A stretch of 63,282 nucleotides of DNA, counting the filler, from Octopus bimaculoides (lineage: Eukaryota): assembly GCF_001194135.2 (NCBI RefSeq). It is 5 parts of 5 records of this genome, joined end to end, with 100 filler letters (N's around TTAATTAATTAA, not from the genome) between each part and the next. Parts side by side here need not be neighbours in the genome. Positions count along the whole stretch, not along the records: positions 38,195 to 51,178 come from NC_069000.1; positions 51,279 to 62,035 come from NC_068987.1; positions 62,136 to 63,282 come from NW_026299777.1; 2 more parts are not named here. One strand, written 5' to 3'. The notes beneath the pieces are model-generated. The model searched no databases, had not been told where the DNA came from, and saw only the letters and a list, made by a program, of their open reading frames with translations. The position numbers and the translations under genes were made by a program. Of this stretch, positions 49,176 to 63,247 are shown in pieces; position 1 is the stretch's first letter; the number at the start of each line of letters is the position of its first letter.

Positions 49176-50760
49176 TGTGAATGGAATTATAAAAGACGGC
49201 CAAGACGACCTAGAGGCTCCCTCACCGGTTTGTATGAATAACAGTTAAGTATTGAGGTTGATTAAATATTCCAATCAATCGTTTTAAATTGAAAAGCAAT
49301 TATAAGAGAAATCTAAGACAATTCAGAGACTCCCTCACTGGGTCCAATAAATCACAGTTAAGTACCAAGGTAGATCCACACTACCTACAAATCATCCTGG
49401 ATTTGAATACAAAACACATTAGAATTATATCCAACACGGCCCACAACGCATATCAAAACACTACCACACCTCCACTAAACACGAGTGGCACTCAACTGGA
49501 GATCTCACAGTCACTCCAAATACGAGGCAACACTATAACCAAGGATCTCACCAGGCAAAAACTCAACCCCATCATAGCTAGAATCTCATCTCAAAGACTG
49601 GGTCCTTCTTTTTAGGGCCAGAAAATATATCAGCCCCACCCCACCCCACAATAGTTTCTACAGCTGCATGTTCTTCCTAATGCCAACTTTAATAGAAGTC
49701 TTCAGATCCATACAAGAATCTAAACTTGGAACATTAATATAAGAAAAAAATATATATAATAATTCTAGAGCCCCTTTTACATACAGCAGTGGACTCCACT
49801 TATTGACAGCCAGGTAGACCGGGCCATGGAGTGTCATGTTTCCTGCCAGGTGCATATTAACATAGGTAGATGGCTATAAGCTAAACACTCGGTAGTTCTA
49901 TCTCACAAAATACTCAGGCTTTTCTTCAGTATTGAGTCCTTCTTTGTTTTCATTGAAAGTTACCTGTCGTTTTTAATTTCATTTAAAAAAAAAAAAAATT
50001 TCAAATCGATATAAATAATATATACATATATTATATATATATAGATATTATATATATATATATATATATATATGTCATATATGTCCACTGGACAAAATTG
50101 AGCAATTGAGGTGAAAGGATAGTATAATCATTTGAATTTTTTTTTAGTTTTGTGTGTGTGTGTGTGTGTGCATGCGTGTGTGCATGTATCTATATATGCA
50201 TATGTTATTAGAGTTTGGCTCAGTTTCATGGGCATGAACAACACGTCCATCTCCTCAGATATTCAGAGACAAGAAACGTTATGTCATGCTGTCTCTGTTA
50301 ATGGAACTTTAAACAAAGCCAAACTTATTAAATACATATAACCCCAACTGAATGAGTTGAGTGTTACTTCCTTGCAACAGTCATACACATATATATATAT
50401 ATATATATATATATGTGTATATATATATAATTTATATTTTATACTGTGAAACTTAATTTAATTTTAATTTTTGATAAATTGATTTTAATTGAGTTTTTAC
50501 CTGTAATTTTGGATTTTTATCCCTAATATTATTAATATAATATACATATATGTATCAGGGGGAAGTGCTTCTATATACACACATTTAATCTATATCTGTG
50601 TGTGTGTGTATGTATATACAATGTGTACACATCTGAATAGTCTGTATATAAATGTGTGTGTGTGTGTAAAATGCAATTGCTTGTCTCTAAACACATCCTG
50701 AAAATCTGAAGTAGAGACATGAAATTGTGTAGAGAATGCAACAATGCTACCAAATCTCAC

Positions 50761-51178
50761 CTTTAATGGAAGAATTTTGACAACTTTTGGCATCGGCCAC
50801 TTTGAAATTATCAGCGTCACCATTATCTTCATCACTGCCAGCAGCAACTTTAGCCATTTTATTGGGATGCAAGTCTTTTAACAATTCAGGGCCGCACTCC
50901 TTTTCCAACTTCCTTTTTTTGGAAAGGAAGCTGGCCAAAGATGGTGAACCATTCTCTTTGAGATGAGATTGTGATGCCAATGTTTTGGAACCTGAACACA
51001 GAGGCATGATTTTCTTATCAGAACTAACAGAGTTTGTTACTTTTGAAGAATTGGTGATAAGTTTCTTATTGGAACTATTACTAACAGAGTTAGTGTCTTT
51101 TGAAGAATTGGTGGCATTTTTCTCTTTTAATTTTGGGGAACCATTCTCTTTCAGGTGAGATTGTGATGCCAATGTTTT
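50761..51178 (-). CDS. MBD4: MBD4 coding exon, low-complexity Ser/Lys/Asn-rich linker; 5' end runs into the gap at 51179
   Basis: Open frame KTLASQSHLKENGSP...KSCQNSSIK ending at G|GTGAGA donor (phase 1), which joins in frame to the next exon (G+AA = Glu). Link to MBD4 rests on position, strand and phase. Confidence 0.7.
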
Positions 51179-51222
51179 NNNNNNNNNNNNNNNNNNNNNN
51201 NNNNNNNNNNNNNNNNNNNNNN

Positions 51223-51234
51223 TTAATTAATTAA
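51223..51234. other. Artificial scaffold linker TTAATTAATTAA inside an N gap (also 28066-28077, 38139-38150, 62080-62091)
   Basis: Identical 12-mer centred in N runs four times; gives stops in all six frames; marks gaps of unknown size. Confidence 0.9.
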
Positions 51235-51279
51235 NNNNNNNNNNNNNNNNNNNNNNNNNNNNNNNNNNNNNNNNNNNNA

Positions 51280-51313
<34 letters not shown>

Positions 51314-51316
51314 AGA

Positions 51317-51441
51317 AATTAATTGGATGGCTCATTAGCAATTTGAACCTGAAGGCAAAATTAATAGCGGTTACAAAAGAGACGGAGGGTAGTGATTTTT
51401 GCCTTCCGGTTCAAATTGCTAATTAGCCTCCCATTTAATTT
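51317..51441. repeat. MITE-like hairpin with 45-bp arms
   Basis: aaattaattggatggctcattagcaatttgaacctgaaggcaaaa versus the reverse complement of 51397-51441. Confidence 0.8.
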
Positions 51442-52032
51442 GTTGTTTACACTTTGCTTTCAAAATCAGCAGAGGTTTTCAACAGTTTTTCTCATATGAT
51501 TGACAGAGGTAGCTGCGTTTAATCCTAGGTGTTAAGAGTCGAAGACGAGCATTAAGAAGCTATGCATCAAAATGCGAAATCATTCGATCCGGCTATAAAC
51601 GTTCCTTTCTCAGTCATTATGTACGGTGCTTTGAGGCTTTTGAGTTATTTTAACTCCTGTTTCTAGCAATAGATGGTGCTGGTCAGTACTCTCCGTCACT
51701 GTTGTAACTGCTATTAATATATATATACACACACACACACACACGCACGCGCGCGTGTGTGTGTACATGTACATGAATGTATGCATGTATATATATGTAT
51801 ATGAATGTATGTACTTTCCTTTCAGCGCTTGACAACCACTGCTGTGTGTTTACGTCCTTGCAACTTAACAGTTCGCCATAAGTAGCCGATATAATTCAAC
51901 ACTTAAATTAGAGAGTGGTTTGTCCAACTAAACCGTCAAGGACGCAGTCCAATGACTGACACAAGTAAAGAAAGGAGAAGTACAATCACACCTAGACTCA
52001 CATTTGGAGCTGAGGAGAGGAACATTCACTTG

Positions 52033-52100
<68 letters not shown>

Positions 52101-52101
52101 C

Positions 52102-52148
<47 letters not shown>

Positions 52149-53145
52149 GCCCTCATAAAAGATATGTATAAAATCAGTCTTCGATACGTGTGTATTAGAA
52201 TGCAAAAATGAAGCGTATAAATTTCCAGCAAATTAGAATTGATAATTGTCTTTTCGCATAGCCAGAAAACAAACAAAAAGTAAATCAACTTGAATAATAA
52301 TTAAACAACAATCGTTATAATCCCCTTTCATCGCTACCCCCACCAACACCGCTAGCACCACTACCGTAACTAATATCATCTTTGCGATCATCACCATCAC
52401 CGTCTCTACTTCTCGTATCAACACCGTCGTCTGCTTTAATCTGCTCCACAATGCATATGACTACAAAAGTGTAACAAAACAGACAAATTTAACAAATGCA
52501 GATGTGAAAAAATGGAAGAAGTAATGTAGAAAACGCAGGTTCGTACAAGCATTTAATATATGTCCTTAAGTATATGCAGTTATGTTTATAACCTTGAGCG
52601 TATCGTCTGCTCTATTACATGCAAAATTATTCAGTCACATTTTTCTGATAACAAAACAATGGCTCCTTTTCTGCTCGAAGGAAAAAATGTTGAATGATAA
52701 ATGAATAAATAAATAAATGATGTATTAAAATGAAGTGATTAATTAATTAAGTAACTAATTACCCATGCAATGATAGTAATAGTTATATTAATTTGGATTA
52801 GATTTCTTCGAATTGTGTTTGATCTCACGTAAGTAGAACATGCTAGCCAAGTCTAAAAGTTAATTAAAGAATGTCTTTTAAGAAAAGACAAAGAAGAAAC
52901 CATTTTTTAATTTTAATGGAAGCTGAAGACGGTATGGACATAGCCAGATAAATTGCCAGAATTAATGTTTGTGTTGTTTTCATTGCCATTTGTTATGTCG
53001 AGGATTCAAATTCGGAATTTCTGCTTCATCGTTATTAGTGCGTTTGTTAACAAATATATACCAGTTTTGTATTGGTGTCAATAAACCTTAAATAAAATCA
53101 TTTATTTTGTGTTTTTGTTAGAAATCTTGTCATCAGGGCGCTAAT

Positions 53146-53372
53146 GAAGGCGGCGAGCTGGCAGAACCGTTAGCACGCCGGACGAAAAGCTTAGAAGCAT
53201 TTCGTCGGTCTTTACGTTCTGAGTTCAAATTACGCCGAGGTCGACTGTGACTTTCATCCCCTTCAGGGTCGATTAAAAAAAGTACCACATGAGAACTGGG
53301 GTCGATCTGATTAACTCGACAGACCCCCTTCCCACAAAACTTTCAGGCCTTGTGCCTAATGTAGAAAGGATT
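53146..53372 (+). mobile_element. SINE family A, full length
   Basis: aaggcggcgagctggcagaaccgttagcacgcc...gagttcaaattacgccgaggtcgac...gtagaaaggatt. Confidence 0.85.
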
Positions 53373-53593
53373 ACTGAACAGTGAATTGACAGAATAGTTA
53401 CAGACTTGTATTTTTTCCGTCGCTTTACAAATGTCTTTGATCGTTCCGGAGTAGATAAAATAAAAAGTCGAGCATTGAGGTCCGATGTCAGCGACTAACC
53501 TCCTCCTAATCTAATTTGTGGTCGTATGGTTAAGTTAAATAAAGCAACGGATTAGTAAAGCCGTCAGAGCGAAGAAGGTATCTACACACACAT

Positions 53594-53628
<35 letters not shown>

Positions 53629-53965
53629 NNNNNNNNNNNNNNNNNNNNNNNNNNNNNNNNNNNNNNNNNNNNNNNNNNNNNNNNNNNNNNNNNNNNNNNN
53701 NNNNNNNNNNNNNNNNNNNNNNNNNNNNNNNNNNNNNNNNNNNNNNNNNNNNNNNNNNNNNNNNNNNNNNNNNNNNNNNNNNNNNNNNNNNNNNNNNNNN
53801 NNNNNNNNNNNNNNNNNNNNNNNNNNNNNNNNNNNNNNNNNNNNNNNNNNNNNNNNNNNNNNNNNNNNNNNNNNNNNNNNNNNNNNNNNNNNNNNNNNNN
53901 NNNNNNNNNNNNNNNNNNNNNNNNNNNNNNNNNACACACACACACACACACATATATATATATTG

Positions 53966-54180
53966 CTGGCACTCCGTCGGTTACGACGACGAGGTTTCCA
54001 GTTGATCCGATCATCGGAACAGCCTACTCGAGAAATTAACATGCAAGTGGCTGAGCACTCCACAGACGCGTGTACCCTTAACGGGGTTCTTGGGAGAGAT
54101 TCAGCGTCACACAGAAACAGGAGGAAAGAGTGAGAGAAAGTTGTGGTGAAAGAGTACAGCAGGCTTCGCCCCGACCTCAC
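53966..54180 (-). mobile_element. SINE C-related copy with alternative 3' domain
   Basis: Reverse complement of 60160-60385 (gtggagtgctcagccacttgca...ggatcaactggaacc). Confidence 0.75.
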
Positions 54181-55993
54181 TTCCGACGCCTTGAGTTCCG
54201 TTAAACGAACGCACGCGTTAAGAAAGAATTATCCAAAATTCTGACTGCCTCCTTTTTCTTAATACACACGCATGCACGCACACACACATATATACATAAA
54301 TACAACGAGCTTCCACGCAGTTTCCGTCTACCAAATTCAATCACAAGGCATTGGCTGGCCTAGTGATATAGTAGAAGGCACCAAAGGTGCTACGCAATGA
54401 TACTGAAACCGAAACAATGGGGCTGCAAATCGAATTTCTTAACCACACAACCGTGCATGGGCACATAGTAAGTTATACTTATTCCCAGATAGATGGTATG
54501 AACTGAAGCTCGAGTAGTCAAAATACCATGGAAAACGCTTAGTTACTCTTCTGTGTTTGAGAATACAATAGAGAAAACGAAACATATGGCACGGAAATGG
54601 TGCTTCCTTTATTTCTCATTCAGCTCTTGTGTGTAGAACAACTGTGGAGTTATGTAGAAGTCTGTCACCGGGAAAACGGATGGGAGGGCCATATTTTCAT
54701 TGTCGGTATTTTAACAACAAACTCAGCTTTCAGTTACAAGACATTGGCAGGGAGAACCGCTCCGCGGGAGATTGTTGTTCTCAGTTCCTCTGTTCTTCTT
54801 TAGTGTCAGCTTACCAATGTTTTTAATATTATTATTTTTTTTTATCTCCTTATCTTTTTGATCGTTCAGAATAGCTGTTCTGCAAATTTACTTNNNNNNN
54901 NNNNNNNNNNNNNNNNNNNNNNNNNNNNNNNNNNNNNNNNNNNNNNNNNNNNNNNNNNNNNNNNNNNNNNNNNNNNNNNNNNNNNNNNNNNNNNNNNNNN
55001 NNNNNNNNNNNNNNNNNNNNNNNNNNNNNNNNNNNNNNNNNNNNNNNNNNNNNNNNNNNNNNNNNNNNNNNNNNNNNNNNNNNNNNNNNNNNNNNNNNNN
55101 NNNNNNNNNNNNNNNNNNNNNNNNNNNNNNNNNNNNNNNNNNNNNNNNNNNNNNNNNNNNNNNNNNNNNNNNNNNNNNNNNNNNNNNNNNNNNNNNNNNN
55201 NNNNNNNNNNNNNNNNNNNNNNNNNNNNNNNNNNNNNNNNNNNNNNNNNNNNNNNNNNNNNNNNNNNNNNNNNNNNNNNNNNNNNNNNNNNNNNNNNNNN
55301 NNNNNNNNNNNNNNNNNNNNNNNNNNNNNNNNNNNNNNNNNNNNNNNNNNNNNNNNNNNNNNNNNNNNNNNNNNNNNNNNNNNNNNNNNNNNNNNNNNNN
55401 NNNNNNNNNNNNNNNNNNNNNNNNNNNNNNNNNNNNNNNNNNNNNNNNNNNNNNNNNNNNNNNNNNNNNNNNNNNNNNNNNNNNNNNNNNNNNNNNNNNN
55501 NNNNNNNNNNNNNNNNNNNNNNNNNNNNNNNNNNNNNNNNNNNNNNNNNNTATATATATATATATATGTACATATATATATGTATGTGTATATATATATA
55601 TATATATATGTTTGTGTGTATGTATGCATAGACGCGCGGCGTACATACACACATTTATATACTCTTATCTGTTTGCCTGCTTCTGTGTATATTTATGTAT
55701 GTATAGCTTGCTCTCTGGGTATGAATATAACTTCCTCTTGCACTCTTTGCTTCCTTGTAGATACCCCACACGCACGTGCACCCGCACACACGCACACACA
55801 TGCACACAACACAACACACAGACACACACGTAAATATACTTCCGTACACATATAAGTATACATGTATATATGTTATTTTGTGTATGTGTTTATATGCAAT
55901 CATGGATATATATACATACATGTGCATACATACATATACATATAGATGTATATATTAATATAACTAATGCATATATATGCATATATATGTATA

Positions 55994-56053
<60 letters not shown>

Positions 56054-56289
56054 GATATTTGTATATGTATGTATATATATTGATGTGTGTAAGGGGAGCA
56101 TGTATGTGTGTGTGTGGGGAGGGGCATGCGTTTGTGTGTGTGTAAGGCAAAAATAGTCGTAGTAAAATAACTCAGAGTTGTCAATGGCATACATTTGAAC
56201 AATGACGTATAATGTTGTAGTAAATAACATAGAAAATAAATTCTTGCTTGACTGAAATTCTCTCGGTTTCTAGAGATATTAGAGTGCTT

Positions 56290-56548
56290 ACTAGACTGCA
56301 GCTTTATATAATAAAGGGAGAGAATTAGGGTAAATCAGGTGATCTTGGTGGCCAAAGTCCCTTCGAAATAATCCTTTCACCGAAAGACTCTTGAAGTAGC
56401 GCTGTGGTGATGTGCGAAGTATGTGTTGTAGCTCCATCTTGCTGAAAGTATGCATTATTAATTTTACTTTCAGCTGACACCCGGCCGCCCACACATTGAT
56501 AGCCAAGTTGCGCATGCACAGGATGAAAAAAAAATCACTGTAGAGAGA
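56290..56548 (-). mobile_element. Tc1/mariner-superfamily relic with terminus TACAGGGTGTTCAAAAAGT
   Basis: YFQQDGATTHTS...[16 protein letters not shown]; TIR-like end at 56530-56548, with similar ends at about 57866-57882 and 61637-61655. Confidence 0.8.
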
Positions 56549-58991
56549 CTTTTTGAACACCCTGTACTTAAAAAGAACGAAGTCTGTATAGTCACTATAA
56601 GATTACTTTCGATTACATGTCTACTAAATCAAAGCTTACTTCTTCTAAACAAGAACGTCATCATCATCATCAACAGCAAGAACAACAACAATGATTGTTA
56701 CATTTTGCCGATTTCATTTTTTAATAAATGGGTGGGGAATGACTAGCAGAATTTAGAATTTTTAATTTGGTATTCTAGATCGAAATCGGCAACTGTTTTC
56801 TATACGTTTGGTTATAAGTTAAAATTCTAACAAGATTTGCAACCAAGCAGACTGAGCTGTGATTTTATTTTGAATTCAGATTTTATATCGTTTTGTTATT
56901 CTTGTTCGGCCCAAGATTAACTCTGGTTGAATAGACTATGATAAAAGGAATTTGAGACCAAACAGATTTCAGTTGTGACCATCCAATGTTTGTTTTATAC
57001 ACTGAGATTTCAAAACCACATCCACCAAAATGATATTATTTTAAGTGATAGCACATGACATGAGAGAGATTTGACTTCTATTTCTAGGTTACTGAACGAC
57101 CACGTTGAGGCTTCCCTCATTGACTCGAAATTTAAAGTTGAAAAATCGGAGAGAAATATAGCGTGAGTATATCTGAATTCTTTACACTAGTTCATATTTT
57201 CATTGTGAGGAATATGAAAAAAAAAAAATAATAACCGTAAGCGCATTTATGTTACAGTGTCAGATTAACTGATAATACCGTCTTGTGGGCTGACAATTAG
57301 TGATTAATTAATAACGTTGCTGACGAATGCTAGACAGGAAAATTTGTCTGGTTATTTTGGGTGTGTGCTAGTTAATGATTAATTAAATAGCTATTTAGCT
57401 ATTGCAATTGCAGCGTGGATGATATTAATTAGCCATTCAAAAACACACAAAGACCGTAAACAACACTTTGCTATGCAACTACGTATCCATATTAAGTTTT
57501 AGTTTTATTTGTAGTAACTGAGGGTTGGTACCCTTTAACATATGAACAACAAGTCGTGAAACAGCTGTAAAGTTTTTCCGTTTATTTTTCTGAATATCAA
57601 CAATACTAATTCGAGGTAATTACATTACTTAAAAACTATAGTTATATGGCAAGATTAATTTTGTCTCTCTAACTTACTCTCTCACACACGTATACTTACA
57701 TATATATATATATATAAGAAACATTAAATATAAGAAATAGTAACTTCTCAAAGTATGTGTTAATACCCATGTGAGTACATGCAATAAATAAAATCACAAC
57801 ATAAACAATTAACTATAAGAAATGATAATTTCTTAAAGTATGTGTTAATCCCCATGTACCCAGACTTTGTGGACACCCTGTATATATATATATATATATA
57901 GCAATATTTTACACTCATATATTTCAAAGAAGAGCCACTATATGCGATGGTAATCTTACCAGGATAGCCCCTTTCCTGAACTCTCATAGCAAAGAAACTA
58001 CACACACAAGAAATACACCCCAATGACGAACTACCTCGGCACACAAGTATAAGAACACCATGTCCACAACGAAAACAAAATAATGCAAACAAATTGACCA
58101 CACAGCAATTTGCCCAAAACACAGATCCAAGGGAGACCAGCATTGAAAAGATGCCACCCAAGAATAACGTCCATTGATTCATTGATTCATTGTTTTATTC
58201 ACGTGAATTCACGAGAATATCCGCGAATTAAACGAGGTTGTTTTCCAAAATGGAAACGAACACCTTTCCCGATGTGATTGACTTGAGAAATAGTTAAGAC
58301 ACTACTTTTTTTAACATGAAACCAATAGTAGCCTTAATTCAGAAGTAAAGAAAATATATCCACCAATGCGGTGTTGAGCACTTATTTTCATCGTTCGACA
58401 TATATTTTGTTTTTGAATAGGCTGTTATGTAGACGTATATAAATGTATGTGCATAAGTGTGTATGTATATATNNNNNNNNNNNNNNNNNNNNNNNNNNNN
58501 NNTATATATATATATATATGTATATGTATGAATGTATATATATATGAATATATATGTGTATATATATATATATGTGTGTGTATATATACGTGTGTGTGTA
58601 GGTTAATGGATGTGTAAATAAATAGATAGATAAACAGATTCCAAGCTATTGCTCTATATGGTCATCACGCTAGCTGGGACAGCTAGAACCTTTGCAACAG
58701 CGCAGTGACGTCCAGTTCGGCGTCTGGTATTTCTTTAAAACTACATTTACATATCAAAATGATTTTTGTTTCTTCAACTTACTCTCCCACACGTGTATTT
58801 TAAATTTTTCATTTTAGTTTCAGTTTTTCATGTACGAGAAATATATGAGCTTAAGTTTATATACAGAAGAATGTATCTATCAGTGCTTATACGCAGATGC
58901 GCGCGCACACACACATACACACAGACACATATACGCCCGCTCTCACACATGTGTTTATGTGTATGTATATAAATGCATATATGCATGGGCG

Positions 58992-59035
<44 letters not shown>

Positions 59036-60098
59036 GTGCATGTGCGTATGTTTGTGAATATGTTCGTGTATGTCTATATATGTGTGCGCGTGTGTGTACG
59101 TGTGTATGTGTGTGTGGGTGTGTATAGTATATACACACGAGCATATACAACCATACGTAAATTTACACATGCAAACACATAACCTTCACACATACACATA
59201 CTTTTTCTACGCACGCAGACTAACACAGACTCACACACACATACAAGCAGCAGCATCCATGCCATCTATCTTCAAAGAACTACCGCTGAGCTTTCGGCGT
59301 GAGCTTAACTAAATGTTTATTTCTTGAAATATTCCGTGTTTGTTTATGCCTCGTCTTCTGTATATTGTATCTCTGGGTTGTACTACTTCCACTTGGAGGC
59401 CGTGTATTTTGTTTAGTGTCATAGTTTGTGTATCGTTAAAGGTTTGAAATCCTAAGTGTTTATTTGTCTACATGACTTCGCGTCATGCTTCACATGAATC
59501 TATTGCGAATCAGTTCTCGCTTTCGTTTTTATATCGTGCAGTTTTATTAAGAAAAACGGAATGAATACATTTCAAATAAGATGTAGATAATATTATGAAG
59601 AAATTATATATATATATATNNNNNNNNNNNNNNNNNNNNNNNNNNNNNNNNNNNNNNNNNNNNNNNNNNNNNNNNNNNNNNNNNNNNNNNNNNNNNNNNN
59701 NNNNNNNNNNNNNNNNNNNNNNNNNNNNNNNNNNNNNNNNNNNNNNNNNNNNNNNNNNNNNNNNNNNNNNNNNNNNNNNNNNNNNNNNNNNNNNNNNNNN
59801 NNNNNNNNNNNNNNNNNNNNNNNNNNNNNNNNNNNNNNNNNNNNNNNNNNNNNNNNNNNNNNNNNNNNNNNNNNNNNNNNNNNNNNNNNNNNNNNNNNNN
59901 NNNNNNNNNNNNNNNNNNNNNNNNNNNNNNNNNNNNNNNNNNNNNNNNNNNNNNNNNNNNNNNNNNNNNNNNNNNNNNNNNNNNNNNNNNNNNNNNNNNN
60001 NNNNNNNNNNNNNNNNNNNNNNNNNNNNNNNNNNNNNNNNNNNNNNNNNNNNNNNNNNNNNNNNNNNNNNNNNNNNNNNNNNNNNNNNNNNNNNNNNN

Positions 60099-60385
60099 AA
60101 AACACCTAAAGCTCCACGAGGCTCCGGCAGGGGATGGTGGTGAACCCTGCTGTACTCTTTCACCACAACTTTCTCTCACTCTTACTTCCTGTTTCTGTTG
60201 TGCCTGTAATTCAAAGGGTCAGCCTTGTCACACTGTGTCATGCTGAATATCCCCGAGAACTACGTTAAGGGTACGTGTGTCTGTGGAGTGCTCAGCCACT
60301 TGCAAGTTAATTTCGCGAGCAGGCTGTTCCGTTGATCGGATCAACTAGAACCCTCAACGTCGTAAGCGACAGAGTGTCAACAACA
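60099..60385 (+). mobile_element. SINE C-related copy with alternative 3' domain
   Basis: Shares cacctaaagctccacgaggctccggcag...cacaactttctctcac with family C; tail shared with 53966-54180. Confidence 0.75.
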
Positions 60386-61040
60386 AAATTGGATGAATAC
60401 ACACACATGTATGAGTGGTACAGATTAGCAAGTAGAAAAAGTTGGTAACTGCATAAACAAGGAGTGATTACATATAACCATATAGAAACAAATGAGCAAT
60501 TGAGAAACTGAGCAAACTGGCAAAACACTAAATGGGTGTGCAGGTACTAGTTCGTTATGGCCGTTTCTGCCGAGAGGCAACAAAGTCTTCCAGGTTATCT
60601 CTATCTCTTCAGTGTTTTGCAGAGATAAGCAGACAAGGCTTGGATAGTGAATGTGCCCCTAGGTTTTTTCAGAGGGCTCAATAGTTGCGCGGGGGGAGGG
60701 GGCTAACACGTCTAAAAGTCAGTTAAGAATAGCTAAGGTGTGTTTATCCTTTTAAATAGAGTAGAATAAGAATAAGAGCAAACGTGAGAATACAAGTGGA
60801 GTACAGCATAATACAATGATGCGGGCATAGCAAGGGGAAATAAGGTACAGACTTCCCGTAATGTAGTACAAGATCCATGTTATTTCATCCAGTGGTGGGT
60901 AGGGGAATATAGCCGCACAGGAGGAATATTTTCAGGCGGGATAATTTTCGACAGTAGTTCACATTGTGTTTCCATAGATGAGTTCATAGCCCTAACCACT
61001 AAGCAACGCGCCTCTACTACGTCATTATTATATTACTATT

Positions 61041-61340
61041 AAGGGCGGCGAAGGCAGCGAGCTGGCAGAAACGTTAGAACGTCGGGCCTTATGCCTAGAG
61101 TAGAGTAAAGAAGAGTATTAAGGGCGGTGAGCTGGCAGAGTCGTTAGCACGCTGGACGAAATGCTTAGCGGTATTTCACTCGTCGTTATGTTCTGAGTTC
61201 AAATTCAGCCGAGGTCGAATTCGCTTTTTATCCTTTTGGGATCGATAAATTAAAGTACCAGTGAAACGCTTGAGTCGCTGTAATCGACTAGTCCTCTTCC
61301 CTCAAATTTCAGGCCTTGTACCTTTAGTAAAATGGATTAT
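61041..61340 (+). mobile_element. SINE family A: internally deleted copy followed by a full copy
   Basis: Head-plus-tail fragment 61041-61110, then full copy 61119-61340. Confidence 0.8.
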
Positions 61341-61714
61341 TAGCTGTAACTCTAAAACCTATTTCACTAATTAATTTTATTGTAATTTAAATAATTGTTA
61401 CTTTTTTTGTAAGTGTAAGGTGTTCAAACAGTCTCTCCGCAGTGAATTTTTTTTCCCTGCCCAAATATTGTCTTTTCATTTGTAGGTCAACTCACCGAAA
61501 ATGAAATTAATAATGCATATTCTTTCAACACCTCTTATAAAGTATTTTAAAGTCTTGTAAAGTTTAATATATCCTTTTGTAGCCTTATACCATCTTATAA
61601 ATATCTATTTTACAATAAAATATTTACTGCAGAGAAACTTTTTGAACACCCTATATAACTCAAATCGGAATGTTGAAGTAATGATCTGTGGACATTTCAG
61701 CTTCTAATATGCTA

Positions 61715-61890
61715 ATATGGTATTCGTCCGTCTTTACGTCCTGGGTTCAAATTCCTTGGAAGTTGACTTTGCATTTTATCCTTTCGGCTTCGATAAAATC
61801 ATAGACCCCAGTACCAGTCGAGCACTGGGGTCTATGTATTCGACTTACACCCTCCTTCAAAACTGCCGGCCTTGTGCCAAAATTTGAAAA
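61715..61890 (+). mobile_element. SINE family A, 5'-truncated
   Basis: Core and tail similarity to the other copies. Confidence 0.75.
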
Positions 61891-61994
61891 CCCCGTATGC
61901 TAATATGGTACAATACATAACTTCAGTATAGTATACAATACTCACATTTCTCTGTCTCTTCTGCTTGCACTTTAGTCTTTGTAGATATAAAGGC

Positions 61995-62035
<41 letters not shown>

Positions 62036-62134
62036 NNNNNNNNNNNNNNNNNNNNNNNNNNNNNNNNNNNNNNNNNNNNTTAATTAATTAANNNNNNNNN
62101 NNNNNNNNNNNNNNNNNNNNNNNNNNNNNNNNNN

Positions 62135-62960
62135 NGTGTGTGTGTGTGTGTGTGTCTTTGTGTCTGTCCCTACGACTGCTTGACACGACTGTAACGTAGT
62201 GGTCCGGCAAAACAGACCGATGAAAAATAAATATTGGAGTCGATATGTTCGACTTAACCATTGGAGGAGGTGCTCCAGCATGGCTGCAGTCCAATGACTG
62301 AAACCAGTAAAAAAATAAAAGATATGTATACATGCACACACATGGGCAAGTGTCTGATACTATAACCACAGGCCAACCAAAACCTTGTGAAGAGATTTGG
62401 TAGACAGAAACTGGAGTACTACGGATATGGTAATTTCAGTTAGACAGTTACAAGAGAAATGCATCGAACAGGATATGGACTTTGCCGACCATATAGTTGG
62501 GAAACAAGCTTCTTACCACACAGCCATGCCTGTGCATACCGTACATGTTTCTGTCAATGAACTGCGGCCATGCTGGGGCACCGCATCGAATGGTTTACTC
62601 AAACAAATGGAGCCCTGTAGTTATTTTCTTTTAAGCCTGATGCTTATTATATCGTTCTTTTTTCCTCGAACTGCCAAGTTACGGGGACGGTAAACGACCC
62701 AACACCGGATGTCAATTCGTAGTGGGGAGAACTAAAACGCACAAACACACGCATATACATGCACGCACGTACACGAACACATACACACATGTATATATAC
62801 TCAGGATTCCATACAGTTTCTGTCGATCAAATTCACTGAAGAGGCATTGACTTGCTTGGGGCTATATTAAAAGATATGTGTACAAAACGCCGAGCAGTGG
62901 AGCTGAATCTGAAATTACGTGGTTGCAAAGCAAGCTTCTTAGCCACACAACCATGACAGG
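62135..62960. mobile_element. Cluster of SINE family B fragments in both orientations
   Basis: 3' part on + at 62135-62320; minus-strand parts at about 62500-62960. Confidence 0.65.
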
Positions 62961-63106
62961 TGCTCCAGCATGACCTTAACTGTGATAGCTAAAGTAAACT
63001 AAAGCACAACAAAACTTGCACACACACGCACACACACACACATATATATATATATATACATACATATTTATATGCATACATATATGTATATATATATGTA
63101 TATATG

Positions 63107-63155
<49 letters not shown>

Positions 63156-63247
63156 TACATATACATACATATTGATATACATTTATACACATATACCTAC
63201 ACGCACGCATCTAAAAATATATTTAAATATAGCTATATATGTATACA

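Noticed and set aside
57760-58182. 140-aa hydrophobic Cys-rich minus-strand ORF with a CTG|GTAAGA donor-like site
   Set aside because: Hydrophobicity follows from the T/G-rich antisense of an A/C-rich tract typical of decayed retroelements; no domain recognised.
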